A stretch of 64,000 nucleotides of DNA from Carcharhinus amblyrhynchos (GCA_965287045.1 OZ336873.1:105524001-105588000), one strand, 5' to 3'; positions 22,643 through 36,419 are shown, numbered from the stretch's first letter. The notes: generated by a model not told the origin, from the letters alone. Numbers and translations are program-made.

Positions 22643-25414
22643 GCTTGGTCAATAAGTTTACTCTAGATTTCCAACTGCAGCACACTACTCTATTAGGGAT
22701 CTAACTAAGCACAATATAAAAGCAGCTGAAAAGAGGGTGGTTGAAAAGAACTGCTTATTGCAGAAACAGTCCTCCAATGTAACTAACCACTCAATTAAAA
22801 ATTAGTGCTGTCAAATTCACCCTGTGGATTGAGTTACATCCGTTCATTAATTAATATTCAGTTTATTCAGTGTGCAGTTCCACACATAGAGGAAACCCTT
22901 GAATAACATTTCTTGTTTTGTCTTCCTTTCCCCTGCTGACTCATGTTAGTTTCATGGTTCCTTGGAGATGAGTCATCACTAGCATTGCATCCAATTTGCC
23001 TAAACTGTGTAGGCAGAGTATTAACTATGGGCTGCATAGCCGACTAACCCCAAATCCTATTTCAACCCTATTTTAGTACACATATTTACCAGTAAGTTCA
23101 CTGGATAGAGTTCAGGAACAGGAATCCTGGTAGAATTTCCCCTTTCAAGCCTGGCAGCTAATTGTAGCTGCAACTGCCAACTCCGCTGAGATCTGCAAAC
23201 TCTACTCTGGCCCAAAATCCTAGATCGTTCTGGAGTGAAGAATTTCTCCAGGTGGCACAAAAGCAGTTCTTGCCCCCGTCACATACAATGGCTTAGTCAT
23301 ACATCATCCATATCAACTTGGCAACTGAAGTGACATGCCATGTTTACTGGCGGCAGTTGTTGGATTTGAAGTAGTTTGTATGAAATGAGGTTGGGCAGTT
23401 AATGGTAACTTGCTACAAGGCAAACTTTCATTAAAAATCTTGGAATTTTACAGACCCATTCTGAGACATGCCAGCGAGTGTCATTTGTCTTTCTCATAAT
23501 CTTATGAGTTACAGTTGCCGGGGTTGAAGACATCTCAAAATTGTGTGAGATTTCTCCATTGACCATTCAACACAACTGGTCAGTTACGTTAGTTGGGTTA
23601 ACACTCCCATTAAAATAGACGAATGGTTAATGAGTGCATTAAATGTTTGCCTACTAATGTTACTTGCAATGATTTGTAGACGAATATGACTTTGGGATGT
23701 GAATGCAATTTAGGCTAATGCTTGAGACGAGAAAACTGACAAGCTGGATAAGTTTTTGCTGGAGGCGATGTGTAAAACTAGGCTTGTTAATTCCCTTTAT
23801 ATGAATCTGGCAATGGAATGAACTGCAGCACAAACTTGGCAGCCTAAAGCTTGGAAATTGCAGGTGCCAATCTCAAACCAGCATGAAAATATGCTGCTTC
23901 AGGGTTAGTATTCATGCCAGTATGGATTTAGACACACTGTATGATAGCCTCCGAGTTCATTGCCAGACTATTGTATTTTCCGTCAGATATCACCACATGC
24001 AACATGCAATGACGTTTGTCTCTTTAGAGTTGACCATATGTGTTGCAGTGCTTCCTAATGTGCAGTGCAATGTAAAACAGGCAATCAGACTTCAGTGTCA
24101 GGTTCATGGTGAAACTTGCATTTTGGCCTTTGAACCACCCATGAAGTGATTGTGCTTAAACCTGTACATTTTGCATGAAGTCCGTGAAATTAGTAATGTT
24201 CCTTAAATGTCCTTCAAAATCAAACGATTAGTCTGATTTAAGTTCTCCTGTATCTTTTTAATTTTTGTTGTAAGCAGCTATAACCATTAGCTGTTCGGTA
24301 AGTAATGTGATTCTTCCTATAAATTCACTTAAGACGGTAAATTCCAGCCAATACATTTCTAGGAATGGATGGCTCTCTGCCATCCCTTCTGTGTACCGGA
24401 TTCTGGAGAAGCATGAAAACCAGACCTTCAGAATCGATGCTACCCTAATAGTTACTTATTAATTATTAACCAAAAATTGCTGCATGGGACAAATCATTGC
24501 AGCTTTGCTCTGCTCTGGTCCCAGTTATGCTGGTCAGAACATAACTGTTATAGACATTGGGTGAAATCTTCCTGGTTCTGTAGAGTTGGATTTGAGAGGT
24601 GTAACCAAAGGACAAGCCATGTAAGTGGACAGAAATCTCAGTGCAACCAAAATTTTCAGACAGACAGGAGAGTTCTGTGACCGAGACAAAATTGCACCAG
24701 AGCCCTGGATTTGGAACTCATACCCCCCCCCCCCCCCCACCCCCCATTTCTGACCAAAGCTATTTTCATCAGAGAAATGCTTAGGTGAGTGTGAGGGATG
24801 TGTTAGTGGTAGGAGGAGGTGATTCTCATATATGTGAAACCCAAGCCCCGCAGGGCCATTTGAACTTAGTGCGGAGTTCAAACAGACTCCATTTGTCCAT
24901 TTCTGCTGGAATAAGGTTTATTTTTCAGTGTATGGTTTAAGGTTATTCAGAGTAAACATAAATGTGTGAACAAGATGGATGTGTTCTGTGGAACTATCAA
25001 GCTAATAAGTTATTTAAATCCCCTACTCTATAAATGTTGGGGGGTAACCAGCATGCTGTAACTCTGGTGCTTACAATTTTAATGGTTGTTTGTTGACATA
25101 AGCCTGCAAGCTATCATTATAGTGTTATTGCCACTTGGCTGACTCCACAATCTATCATTATCACAGCGAGTATCCTGTAAATTCACAGTTTGATAGTTCC
25201 AATTGTTATAAAGGGATTACCTGCCCTTGATGTAGGGTTATGAATCCATGCATTTTTGCTTTATAAGGGATTAAATACTTGAAGGGATTTACAGGTATTG
25301 AATGGGATTATGAGAGTGTTTTGCAATGTAGTGAAATCTGTAATAGATACTTAGTATTTTATTTTATTTCTCCTCAACATGGCTCTTGAGGTCTTCCTAT
25401 GTTGGATGCTGAGT

Positions 25415-26283
25415 GAGTTATGCCATGATGTTGGACTGGTATAAGCACAGTAAGAAGACTCACAACACCAGGTTAAAGTCCAACCGATTTATTTGGTAGC
25501 ACAAGCTTTCGGAGCCTCAAGCTCCTTCTTCAGGTGAGTGAGGAGTTGTTCACAAACAGCGTAAAAAGACACAAACTCAATTTACAAGATAATGGTTGGA
25601 ATGTGAGTCTTTACAGGTAATCAATTCTTAAAGATACAGACAATGTGAGGGGAGAGAGGGTTAAGAACAGGTTAAAGAGATGTGTATTATCTCCAGCCAG
25701 GACAGTTAGTGAGATTTTACAAGCCCAGGCAAGTCGTGGGAGTTACAGATAGTGTGGCATGAACCCAAGATCCTGGTTGAGGCCATCCTCATGTGTGTGG
25801 AACTAGGCTTTCAGTTTCTGCTCAGCGATTCTGCGTTGTCGTATGTTGTGAAGGCCGTCTTGGAGAACGCTTACCCGAAGATCAGAGGCCGAATGCCCGT
25901 AACTGCTGAAGTGTTCCCCAATTGGAAGGGAACACTCCTGCCTGGTGAATGTTGAGCGGTGTTCATTCATTTGTTTTCGTAGCGTCTGCATAGTCTCCCC
26001 AATGTACCACGCCTCGGGACATCCTGCAGGAAAGGAGATGGCTGGAGACAATACACATCTCTGTAACCTGTGCTTAACCCTCTCTCCACTCACATTGCCT
26101 GTACCTTTAAGACTTGATTACCTGTAAAGACTCACATTATCTTGTAAATTGAGTTTGTGTCTTTATATGCCCTGTTTGTGAACACAAGTCCACTCACCTG
26201 AAAAAGGAGCTTGAGACTCCAAAAGCTAATGCTGCCAAATAAACCTGTTGGACTTTAACCTGGTGTTGTGAGACTTCTTACTG
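25415..26283 (-). mobile_element. Penelope-like element remnant: GIY-YIG C-terminal fragment between ~250-bp inverted pLTRs
   Basis: Minus ORF GCPEAWYIGETMQTLRKQMNEHRS...IGEHFSSYGHS..DLRV.VLQ...RRIAEQKL, then a stop and EDGLNQD. Arms 25448-25699 and 26039-26283 are reverse complements. Confidence 0.9.
25500..25536 (-). ncRNA. Minimal type I hammerhead ribozyme motif in the Penelope pLTR
   Basis: Minus strand reads CAC CUGAAGA A GGAGC UUGAG GCUCC GAA AGCU U GUG: intact core boxes, 5-bp stem II, palindromic AGCU at stem III, 3-bp stem I. Confidence 0.7.
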
Positions 26284-27457
26284 AATTATTGCCAACCAGG
26301 GAGGGTGTAAGGGCAAATAATGGTCAGCTAGAGGCATTGGCTTGAGTTAGTGCTAAATTGGCATAGGTGCTATAAGATACCATGGGGTGGGTAGCAGGGC
26401 ATAGGTTGCCATGGATGGTGGAGGGGCAAAGAGGGATATAAAGAGTCATGGATGGGGCATGGAGAATATACAGGGAAGTCCTCTTTCATTCCAAGTAAGG
26501 AGTCCCAGAGTACCGAGTTGTCCTTTCAAACAGCCCTTGTGACTTTCTCCACACTATCTCCAGCGGTGATGAACCTGACTCCAGTGCACTTGGCCCCTCA
26601 GAACAAACAGCCCACAGTTCAGTGCTGATTCCCCTGACTTGGGGTTGTGAAGTCAGGTATGAAAATTCGATCCAATGTGTCTATGTGTACTAATAAATGT
26701 CCATTGATATGAACCCTTTGAATATTTCAGTAACTGTTTCCTGAAGCAAGGTGCGTGTAAAGTTATGTCAAGCAAAATATAAAACTATGTAAAATGATAG
26801 TACACTTTGTGAAATATGCTGTTCACAAAATGTAAAATGTCAAAAATATAAAGGGAATATTCTTTGATTGTATTGGCCAGATATAAAAGTGGTGAATAGT
26901 TGGGTCTCACAAATCAAAAGCCCATTCTCCCAGTGTTGAGCTATTTGATCTCAGCCAACAAAGCAGCAATAATTGGCCTCTGTGTTCCTGAGCTAGAGAG
27001 AGGTAACTTGAGCAGAATTGTCACTCCCGCTGTTAGCCAGTGTCTTCCTTTGAAACTATCCATGAGGGGATAGTGAGTGAGGATAAAGCCTGACTCAGAA
27101 AACCTGTTCCTCGGATTATTTTCTTGACTGAATAAACTGATGCCTCTGAATCCGTACCCAACAAAATAAATGACTCCTCCCTCATGATAATGGAATGCAT
27201 TTCAAGCATAAGATGTCAGAGCAGAAAGAGGCCATTCGGTCCATTAAGTCTGCCACGCCATTCAATGAGATCAAGACTATGATAATCCTCAAATCCACTT
27301 TCCTGCCTTATCCCCATAACCCTTGATTCTCTTACTGAGTAAGTCCTTCTGAACTTCACGAGTAACCACTATTCATCTGCATGGCAAGATCATTTTAAAT
27401 AATCACTTTGTGTTGCAATTCTTTCAATTTGATTAAATATATCTAATCCGTTTAATG

Positions 27458-27755
27458 CAGGGGTGGCATGGTGCACTGATGTCTCACAGCACCAGGGACC
27501 AGGGTTCGATTCCTGGCTTGGGTCACAGCCTGTGTGGAGTCTGCACATTCTCCCTGTGCCCGCGTGTGTTTGCTCCGGGTGCTCCAGTTTCCTCCCATAA
27601 AGATGTGCAGGTTAGGTACATTGGCCATGCTAAATTCTCCCTCAGACTACCCGAACAAGCGCTGGATTGTGCCGACGAGAGGATTTTCACAGTAACTTCA
27701 TTGCATTGTTAACTTAAGCCTACTTGTAACGCATAAATAAACTTCTAACTTTAAT
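27458..27755 (+). mobile_element. V-SINE, tail B (long form)
   Basis: Same structure as the 20978 copy. Confidence 0.85.
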
Positions 27756-30700
27756 TTAGATGGTATGGCCATTCAGCTATGGTGACATAGCCTCATCCTG
27801 CACGCACCAAATAGTAAATGTGCCTTTTTGTTTAAACTATCATTACATAAGAATTTAGGTTCAGTAGATTTGCTTTCACTCCTCCAGGAATACTAATTGT
27901 AGCTTTTCTCTTTGTTATCCCAGCTGAGATCAGCTAATTCAACATTTATCAGAATTAAATGGAGAATTTGGAGATTCATGTGATTCAATATCATATCATG
28001 TGGAAAATTTGAACCCCATCAAACGTATGCATTAATAAAAATGTTGCTGAGTTTTATTGTTCTTAAGGTGCTCCCAGTGGAAGTTTTCTTGATGTATTTC
28101 AGACAAAGAAAGAACTTACATTTATATAGCACCTTTACCTCAGCACATCCCAAAGCATTTTACACCCAATGAAGCACTGTAAAGCTACAGATACCATTAT
28201 AATGGTAGGGAATCATGGTTGTTTCAATCATCGACAAGCATAAGACGGATTAGATATATTTCATCAAATTGAAAGGATTGTAATACAAAATGATTATTTA
28301 AAATGATCTTGTCATGCAATTCCATAGCAAGACAATTTTTAACCAGAGGTTAGAATTTCATATATAGCAGAGCGTTATCGTATTATTTCCAGGTATGTTA
28401 TGGTTCTTGGATTTTTAGTGAATGTGTTTATCATCATTAAGGTGAAAAATAGCAATGCTATGGAATAAAACACTTTTACGAGCCTGGTGTTTCCATCAGC
28501 TCGAGTCAACTTAGATATAAGGGGGTTAAATTTCCCTAGAGGTTCTTCCAATCAGCCACCATCACTTTGTCAGAACTTGTACAGAAATCCCAGAGAAATG
28601 CTATTGATTAGCAAGTGCACCCCTTGTTGAAGTGCCCCATTCATGTTATATCTTATTGAAAGAGCCTTGTGATATTTCCCTGCATAAAATAATGGATTAG
28701 ATTGCAGAATGATGGTATATTTTCATCACTGATGAAATAAGTAGGTGCTGCACAGAGATCTAAGATACAATGGCAATTTTTCACCAAAATGACATTTTGT
28801 GTTTGATATGTGGATAAACAGCATTCATTTTTTATAGTATTTTGATATAAAAATGAATGAAATTAAGTACCTGCACTCTATTCAATTTAATTTTTTATCA
28901 GACTTGGCACTTTGGCTTCATCAGATAATTTATTGATTTCACACACTTTCATGTCTTTAAGCTTGCAATGAAAATTGCAGACTCTAATCTACCATATCTA
29001 TACTGACAGATCCCTCGTTAACACTGATGTCCAGTCTGTCTCTTGCTATCCCATGGCTTCTGTGACTCCCTTCAAGCGTAGTTTTTTTTAGAGAAAAATT
29101 ACTGGTATAAAGAGAGGTTACTGTCAACTTGTTCAGAGGGAGAGGTCTGCCCTTGTACAGAGTGACTGAATTGCCTCCTAGTATAGAGGGAGACAATACT
29201 GTCCACTAGTTTGTAGTGTGACTAAACTGTCTATTATGTGCAGGAGCTTCGATATATCTGCAAGCTTAGAGACTGAACTGACTGCCGAAATTGAGATAGA
29301 CTGCACTGCCAGCTAATGTAAGGAGATACAGCATTGCCTGTTAGTTCATCGCCAATAAACAGAGAGATGGCATTTTCTTCTAGTAAATAGGGATTTAACT
29401 GGTTACTAACAACATGCATACAGAAAAATGAACTGTCTGCCGGGGAGGAGAGTGTTGATGCTGTCTCTACGATCTACCACTGTATCATTATATTGTTTTG
29501 AGAAAGATAAATGCTCCAAAGCTCCTGAAAGAATTAAGCACTACTCATACTAAAGCAAGCATATATGTGCCAGATATTGCAAACCCAGTCTGTTCTTTGA
29601 GTCTTGTTTTGAAGTATATTTGACAGAGTTAATTCTACAATGTAAACCCCTGGATAAAAATGCACCCCTTTGGCTGTTGCTTTCAAGAATGATTTCATCA
29701 TCATTTGTAAGATAAGCACTACCCTGATATGCCATCTGCCTGTCTTCTTTGATCTACACCACAAGCTTCCAGGCAACTAGGGAATGCCAGTGTGCTGCGA
29801 TCAAGCCTACAGTGCTGCCATCCTGCCTTGCACTTCTGTGACTGGAATTCAAAATCTGTTAAAGATTTCATTGATGTAGAAGGAAATAGGCCTCAAGTCT
29901 GGCACTTGGCATTGTCAGTCGATATTCATGAGTGACATTTGTGATGTCGGAACTAGGTGTTAGCAGGCCAGGCATGGTCTTTTATTAAGGTCGACCAGAT
30001 TTGAGCATAAACAGTCCCCAGGTCGACCCCAGGAGGACCGTCAAGCTGCATGAGGTTGGTACAGTTTGTGCTGCCTTTTATTTTCACGTTCTTGAGAGGC
30101 AATGCTTGGATGAGCTTTTGAGAATTGTACATCATGTACCAACTTACATTGGATATAAAAAAAAATTAATAGCTCCAGTGTTGAAAGTATCACACTCAAA
30201 AAAAAAAATAACTTAAGGGAAATACTTTCATGAGAAAACATTATACAGTTTTCTGCTAATGCCATCCACAAGACCAAGCTGGGTTTATCCCTTGATTCAG
30301 CTGGGCCAGGAAAGCACAGATTGCACTGCAGAATTCTCAAGGGTACATTATATTACAGCAGTATTAATAGAGTATGACAGGAAATGCATTTTGGCAAGTG
30401 GTTTGGGGATGGTATCAGTGGGCTTCCATTGCTCCCTACGAATTCCAATACAGCCTGTGTATTTTGTATGCATAGTAAATCAGTAATATTGTACTTGCAG
30501 TTCAGTAATAACAGAATGTGCAATCATATACCTTCAAAACAAAACCATGTGAAAAGCAAACAATAAAGCTGAAATAACATTACTGATTTGGCTGTGGATT
30601 AAAAATTATTGGAAACTAAATGCTGTTATTATCAAAGCAGGAGGAGGTTGATTTGTTGTATCATTCTAGCCCTGCCTTCATCTGGAAGTTCCCCATTCTA

Positions 30701-31124
30701 CTCCCCTCTCTCTTTTCCCTCCTGTACCATGATGTAACACATGACTTCCCGAACAAATGAGTGGACAGTGCTGGCCAGTAACTAGCCAGCAGGAAGTATA
30801 GAAAAGCAAGGTAGGATCTCATAATCCCCAATTAGAATTCTCGCAGGATGGTGCTTCTTACTCATCAACCCAGCTGAAAGAGGGTGCCCACTAAGGTGGA
30901 AAGTAGAGATAAATGAGCCTGCTTGATCAGCATGTTAGTTATTCAGTACATTGAGTCAAATGGGCATCTGGTAATAAAGTGTATTAAAACCTGAACAGTC
31001 GGAACATTAGTGAAGATGAGGGCAGACTTCTTTGGTTCCCCTCTGTGGCTAAGGTGCAGTTGTAAGTATAAAAGAGCACATCTCCAATCTTGTGAAAGAG
31101 CCCACAGAAGAACTCTTTCCCTCA

Positions 31125-31415
31125 TTAAAAGTTAAAGTTTATTTATTAGTCACAAATAAGTCTTACATTAACTCTGCAATGAAGTTGCTGTGAAATTCCC
31201 CTGGTCACCACACTGTGGCATCTGTTCGTGTCAATGCACCTAACCAGTACGTCTTTCAGACTGTGGGAAGAAACTGGAGCACCCGGAGGAAACCCACACA
31301 GACATAATGAGAAAGTGCAGACTCCACGTAGACAGTGACCCAAGCTGGGAATTGAACCCAGGTTCTTGGTGCTGTGAGGCAGCAGCGCCAACCGCTGTGC
31401 CACTATGCTGCCTCT
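31125..31415 (-). mobile_element. V-SINE, tail B (short form)
   Basis: Reverse copy with the gcattg|acacgaacag junction. Confidence 0.85.
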
Positions 31416-32215
31416 ATGTGCCAGTCACTTTAAGGTGATTGTCATAACCCTGAAGCAGAAAAGGTATAACAAAAAAATGTTAAAACACTCTTAGTTAAAA
31501 AGAACATGTTTGAAAAAGCTTTGCAAGTCAACGAATACCTGAGAGAGTAAGATGTTTAATCTATCAGGGAGACCAATTTTGATGGGATGTCACAATTTAT
31601 ACTTTTTTATACAAATGCTGAAAGGCCTGTGTGCATTGCCAGCATTATCTGTTGTTCTGGTTTCTCTTTAACCATTGGGCTGCAGATTTGTCTGTAGTTT
31701 GAAGGGTTCAAATGCTAAACACTCAATTAACCAGTTGCTTTGCTGTGTGTTCGCAGCTGGTTGTGCAACTATAGTTGTGATAAACTAGTGTAGTTGGGAG
31801 TGGGTGTGTATGTGTGGAGGCTGGGGATTGCGAGTGGCAGAGGTTTGGAGTGAAGAGGGCAGTTCATGAAACTGCCCGCTGCCCAATTGCCCCAAGTAAA
31901 ATTACAGTAACTGTTAGCATGTCAACTTTATTCTGCAGCATGTAATGATGTTCATCACACATTCTTTTTCCTAAATTTTTATTCTAAAACAGAACAGATT
32001 GTAAAATTTCCCTTGGGCAATGTGCCATTGGCTCGTATTAGAAGAAATGCCAGACTCAGTCTCTAATCTGTGTTGAATAAACTGACCCTGCCCAGGGCAG
32101 TTGGATCACTGTGATAGGGTTTTGCATGCGGGGACAAAAGGAAGGAGAATTTGATGAATCTGCTTGGATTGCTACTCTTGGTATAGTGACCCTGGCTGGA
32201 AAGTAGATATTTGTG

Positions 32216-32826
32216 TGGGCAGCACAATGACAGTGGTTAGCACCACCATCTCACAGCTCCAGGGACCTGGGTTCAATTCTGGCCTTGGGTGACTGTGTGG
32301 GGTTTGCACGTTCTCCCTGTGTCTGCGTGGGTTTCTACCGGGTGCTCTGGTTTCCTCACACAATGTGGAGATGCCGGCGTTGGACAGGGGTAAACACAGT
32401 AAGAAGTCTCACAATACCAGATTAAAGTCCAACTAGTTTATTTGGTAGCAAACACCACCAGCTTTCAGAACACTGCTCCTTCGTCAGGTCAGTGGGAACT
32501 CCAACTTACCTGATGAAGGAGCAGTGCTCTGAATGCTAGTGCCTTTTGCTACCAAATAAACCTGTTGGACTTTAACTTGGTGTTGTGAGATTTCTTACTG
32601 TGCTCCTCACACAGTCCAAAGGTGTGTGGGGTTAGATGGTTTGGACTTGTTAAATTTCCCTTTGGTGTCCCAAGATGTGTAAGTTAGATGGGATTAGCCA
32701 TGGTAAATGTGTCAGATTACAGGGATAGGGTGGAGGAGAGGGCTTGGGTAAGATACTCTGTCACAGAGACAGTGCAGACTGGAAGGGCCAAATGGCCTCT
32801 TCTGCACTGTCACGACTCTATGATTC
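32216..32826 (+). mobile_element. V-SINE, tail A, interrupted by a Penelope-derived palindrome
   Basis: SINE halves rejoin at tcctcacaca|gtccaaagg. Confidence 0.85.
32363..32603. mobile_element. Non-autonomous palindromic Penelope derivative with 10-bp TSD
   Basis: Two inverted ~100-bp pLTR ends (32395-~32497 and ~32498-32602) homologous to the 25448 arms. TSD tcctcacaca at 32353-32362 and 32604-32613. Confidence 0.88.
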
Positions 32827-33008
32827 CAAAATTGCAAAAGTCAGGATTAGGGTTGGTGCTGATGGCACTCATGGGTAAATAGTCTGTTGACAGATCAGGA
32901 AACAATGCCTGGGTGAAGTACTGAAGGACCCTCTGGCTTTTGTGAAATTGTGCCCCAGGAAGAATTAGTGCCTGCAGGAAAGGAATGGAGAGAGATGGAA
33001 GAATCTTT

Positions 33009-33010
<2 letters not shown>

Positions 33011-33072
<62 letters not shown>
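33011..33072. repeat. (AC)31 microsatellite
   Basis: Perfect dinucleotide run. Confidence 0.98.
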
Positions 33073-33075
<3 letters not shown>

Positions 33076-33984
33076 ATTGTTCTGCCCCTGTGGCCCAATA
33101 AATAAAAGCACTGAAAAATTGGCTGCACTTCAGCACTAAATAAATTAATGGGAGAGAAGTGTTTAGTCCGCTGTAGACACTGGTGGATTGTGAAACAGCT
33201 AATGAATAGGAGACCAATTTATTCGTTGTGCTTAAAGGAATTCAGCAGCAGTAAATGTATTATTGCAATAAATCCCTGAAAACTGAAGATTTAATGCAAT
33301 AATGAAATCTTTAACCATGTGTTAAAATTTGTGGAGATCAAAAGCTTGCCAGGAGAGATTGCTGGGTTGCCAACTAACAAGTCAGGTTGTTTGTTCTATT
33401 GGCTTATTAACTAGTTAACTGAAAAAAATGTGATTTGATATGTTTTTGGGGAATCTGGGATAATCATGAGGTTGGAGGTTGGAATGCTTTGCATTCTTTA
33501 AGAAAAATCCTTGAACATGTGCTATTTCTGCAGCATCTTCAACAGCCGCCTTCCCTAAATCCTGACTGCTGCATGTTTTAAAGCAGGTTTAAGAGTGTTT
33601 GGACTGTGCAGCCTACAAACAGTCCCTCTCTTTCCACCCCCTCTTCAAAATGACATGCGTTTCTAGGATTTCCTGGTGAAACGTCAAGAAACATGTTAGA
33701 TTTGCTACTCTTAATTATTTTATTACAACTTCAAATTGAATCCAATTCATGTCCCCATAAGAGGAGAAAACCGGATCCAAGCTGACAAGGTAAGCATTGC
33801 ACCCCATCTTAGGCTTGATCTAATGTTTCATCTTTGCCAAAAGGCCAAGAAGGCTTTGAAAGATTGCATCAGGCGATGTCTCAGTTGAACCTCATCGGCC
33901 ACCCCGATCTTTGACTCTACCTGACCTTGGGAGATCAATCCTGCCTGATCATTGATTCTCCTCTGCCAGGTAATGGGTGACATG

Positions 33985-34283
33985 GTGGGTGGCACAATAG
34001 TTAGCACTGCTGCTTCACAGCGCCAGGGACGTGGGTTTGATCTCTGGCTTGAGTTGCTGTCTGTGTGGAGTTCTCCATATCTGCATGGGCTTCCTTTGGG
34101 TGCCACGGGAGGGCTTCCTCCCACAGTCCAAAAGATGTGCTGGTTAGGTGCATTGGCCATGCTAAATTCTCCCTCAGTGTACTCAAACAGGTGCCAGAGT
34201 GTGGCGACAAGGGGACTTTCACAGTAACTTCATTGCAGTATTAATGTAAGCCTTACTTGTGACACTGACAAATAAACTTAAAG
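33985..34283 (+). mobile_element. V-SINE, tail B (long form)
   Basis: Head, V-domain and tail B all present. Confidence 0.85.
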
Positions 34284-34989
34284 TACAGGTTTGCTACCCT
34301 CCCCCCAGGGGAAGAATAGGAAATTGGTGGTCAGAACTTGAAAAATACCTAGAATATGAGAAGTGCCAGTGCAATCACTAAACACAATTGTGTCAGTAAA
34401 TATACGTGTGATGTTGCAGTTAACTAAATTGACACATTCTGCTCTATTTCTATGGTTTAAATATGAACTTGAAATTTTAAATGGCTTTGGAAAGATATCA
34501 GGTTGATTGACAGTTTTTTTTGATGGATTGAATTTCTGATTTGATTGGCCTGCATCAGACTGAGAGGTCTTCTGATGGTATAATGCTTTGCAACAAAATT
34601 ACTTAAGGAACCTGGATGGTGTTTTTATTATTGATTTTGAAGTACTGCATATCCATTACGTCGACAGAATAAATGTCACTTCAGCATTGCTCAGAGTCTG
34701 CATAAGTATTGAGTGCAAAACAACAAACTGGACCATCTATTAATCTACACTGTAGACCAAAATCTGTATGTGCAATTTATATTTAATATATACATAATCC
34801 ATGACAACTTTGAATTTTTCATCTTTTATTTATGTTTGTGGTGTAACAGAAATGTACACTGAGGTACAGAATGAGAAACCAAACCAATCATTCATAAGAT
34901 AATTAGTTGTTTTTTATTTAAGTGAATATATAATATATAAGCAATTACATATTTCAGTAACTTCTGAATTAATATAAAATGTAAGGAGC

Positions 34990-35200
34990 TATTACATAGA
35001 AATATAGAAGGTAGGAGCAGGAGGAGGTCATTTGGCCCTTTGAGCCTGCTCCGCTATTCATCATGATCATGGCTGGTCGTCTAACTCAATAGGCACATCC
35101 TGCTTTCTCCCCATAATCTTTGATCCCATTCGCGCCAAATGCAATATCTAGCCACCTTTTGAATACATCCACTATTTTGGTATCAACTATCTCCTGTGGT
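34990..35200 (-). mobile_element. CR1/HER1-like LINE 3' end
   Basis: catagaa..ataga..taggagcagga...ggtcatttggcccttt.agcctgctccg.. pattern. Similar tails at ~2790-2935, ~27207-27340, ~44125-44325 and ~47725-47790. Confidence 0.7.
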
Positions 35201-36419
35201 TTAGAAACATATGCTTACATATGAATGACGATATTGTGGCCCTACGACCATTCCATTTCCCGGTGTACGGCACCATAGCAGATGTGATGGGTCTGCGCCT
35301 GTAACATCAGTCATCTGCAACCGTTAGAAACTGTATGGCACTTCCCTAAGGATGACAATAAGGAGCATATTTAAAATTTGTTGTGGTGACATGGGTGACA
35401 TTCCTAGTTGCCTTTGCAAAGATGGATGTTTGCTTTCTTACTGAACCACTGCAGTCCATGACGTGAAAGTACTCCTGCCGCGCCCCCTCACCCCCATCCC
35501 CCTCTGCCCCACCACTCCCCCCACAAAGCTGTTAGGTAGGAAGTTCCAGGATTATGAACCAGTGACGATGAACAGAAAAGCAATATATGTCAAAGTGAAG
35601 ATGATGTGAGATTTGGAGGGAACTTGTAGGTAATGATGTAGCTATGCAATGTTTGCCCTTGTTCCTAAGATAGTGGAGCTCTCAGTTTTGGGAAGTGCTG
35701 CCAAAGTGCATCTTGTGGCTATTATACAATGCAGCTATGGATCATCCGAAGTAAAGGGGGTGGATTTAAGGTAACGAATGGGCTGCTGAGGAAATGGACT
35801 GCTTTATCCTGACTTGTGTTATTTTGGTGCTGCACCTTTCAGGCAAGTGGAGAGTACGCCATCACACTTGAGTTATTGACTTGTCTTGCAGGTGGCAAAA
35901 AGACTTTGTGAGTCAGAAGGTGAGTCACTTGCATCCAAATACATAGCTCCTGACTTGCACTTGTAGCCACAGCATTTGGCCTGGCTTTTTGCCTCTGGGA
36001 CAAGAGCACAAAGTTAGGACATTTCTTGGCTCCATAAACATGGGAGAAAGTCTCAAGGGGTTGGGATCTTCGTTCTGGGGTGGGGCAAGATTAAAGATTG
36101 TACCCACCATCACTGGAATGAATGTGGAGGCTGTCAGGTGTGGAGGCAGCCTGAACAGCACGCTTGCCTCTGCACACTGGCACTATGTGAAAGAATGAAA
36201 TAAATCCCTCCAGCCCTTCCAGCTCTTACCCATCCTCATCCACTGCCTATATTTTCATCTCATAACAATCTATATTCCTCATGGAAACCTCTGTCCTTAT
36301 ACCCACTTCCCTCATGACTCATCCATACATACCTCTTATGACAACCTATATCCCTCTATCCAAGCCCCATAGTTCCTCATGACCCCTATGCCAACCCATG
36401 TCATACTATCATGGAATTC

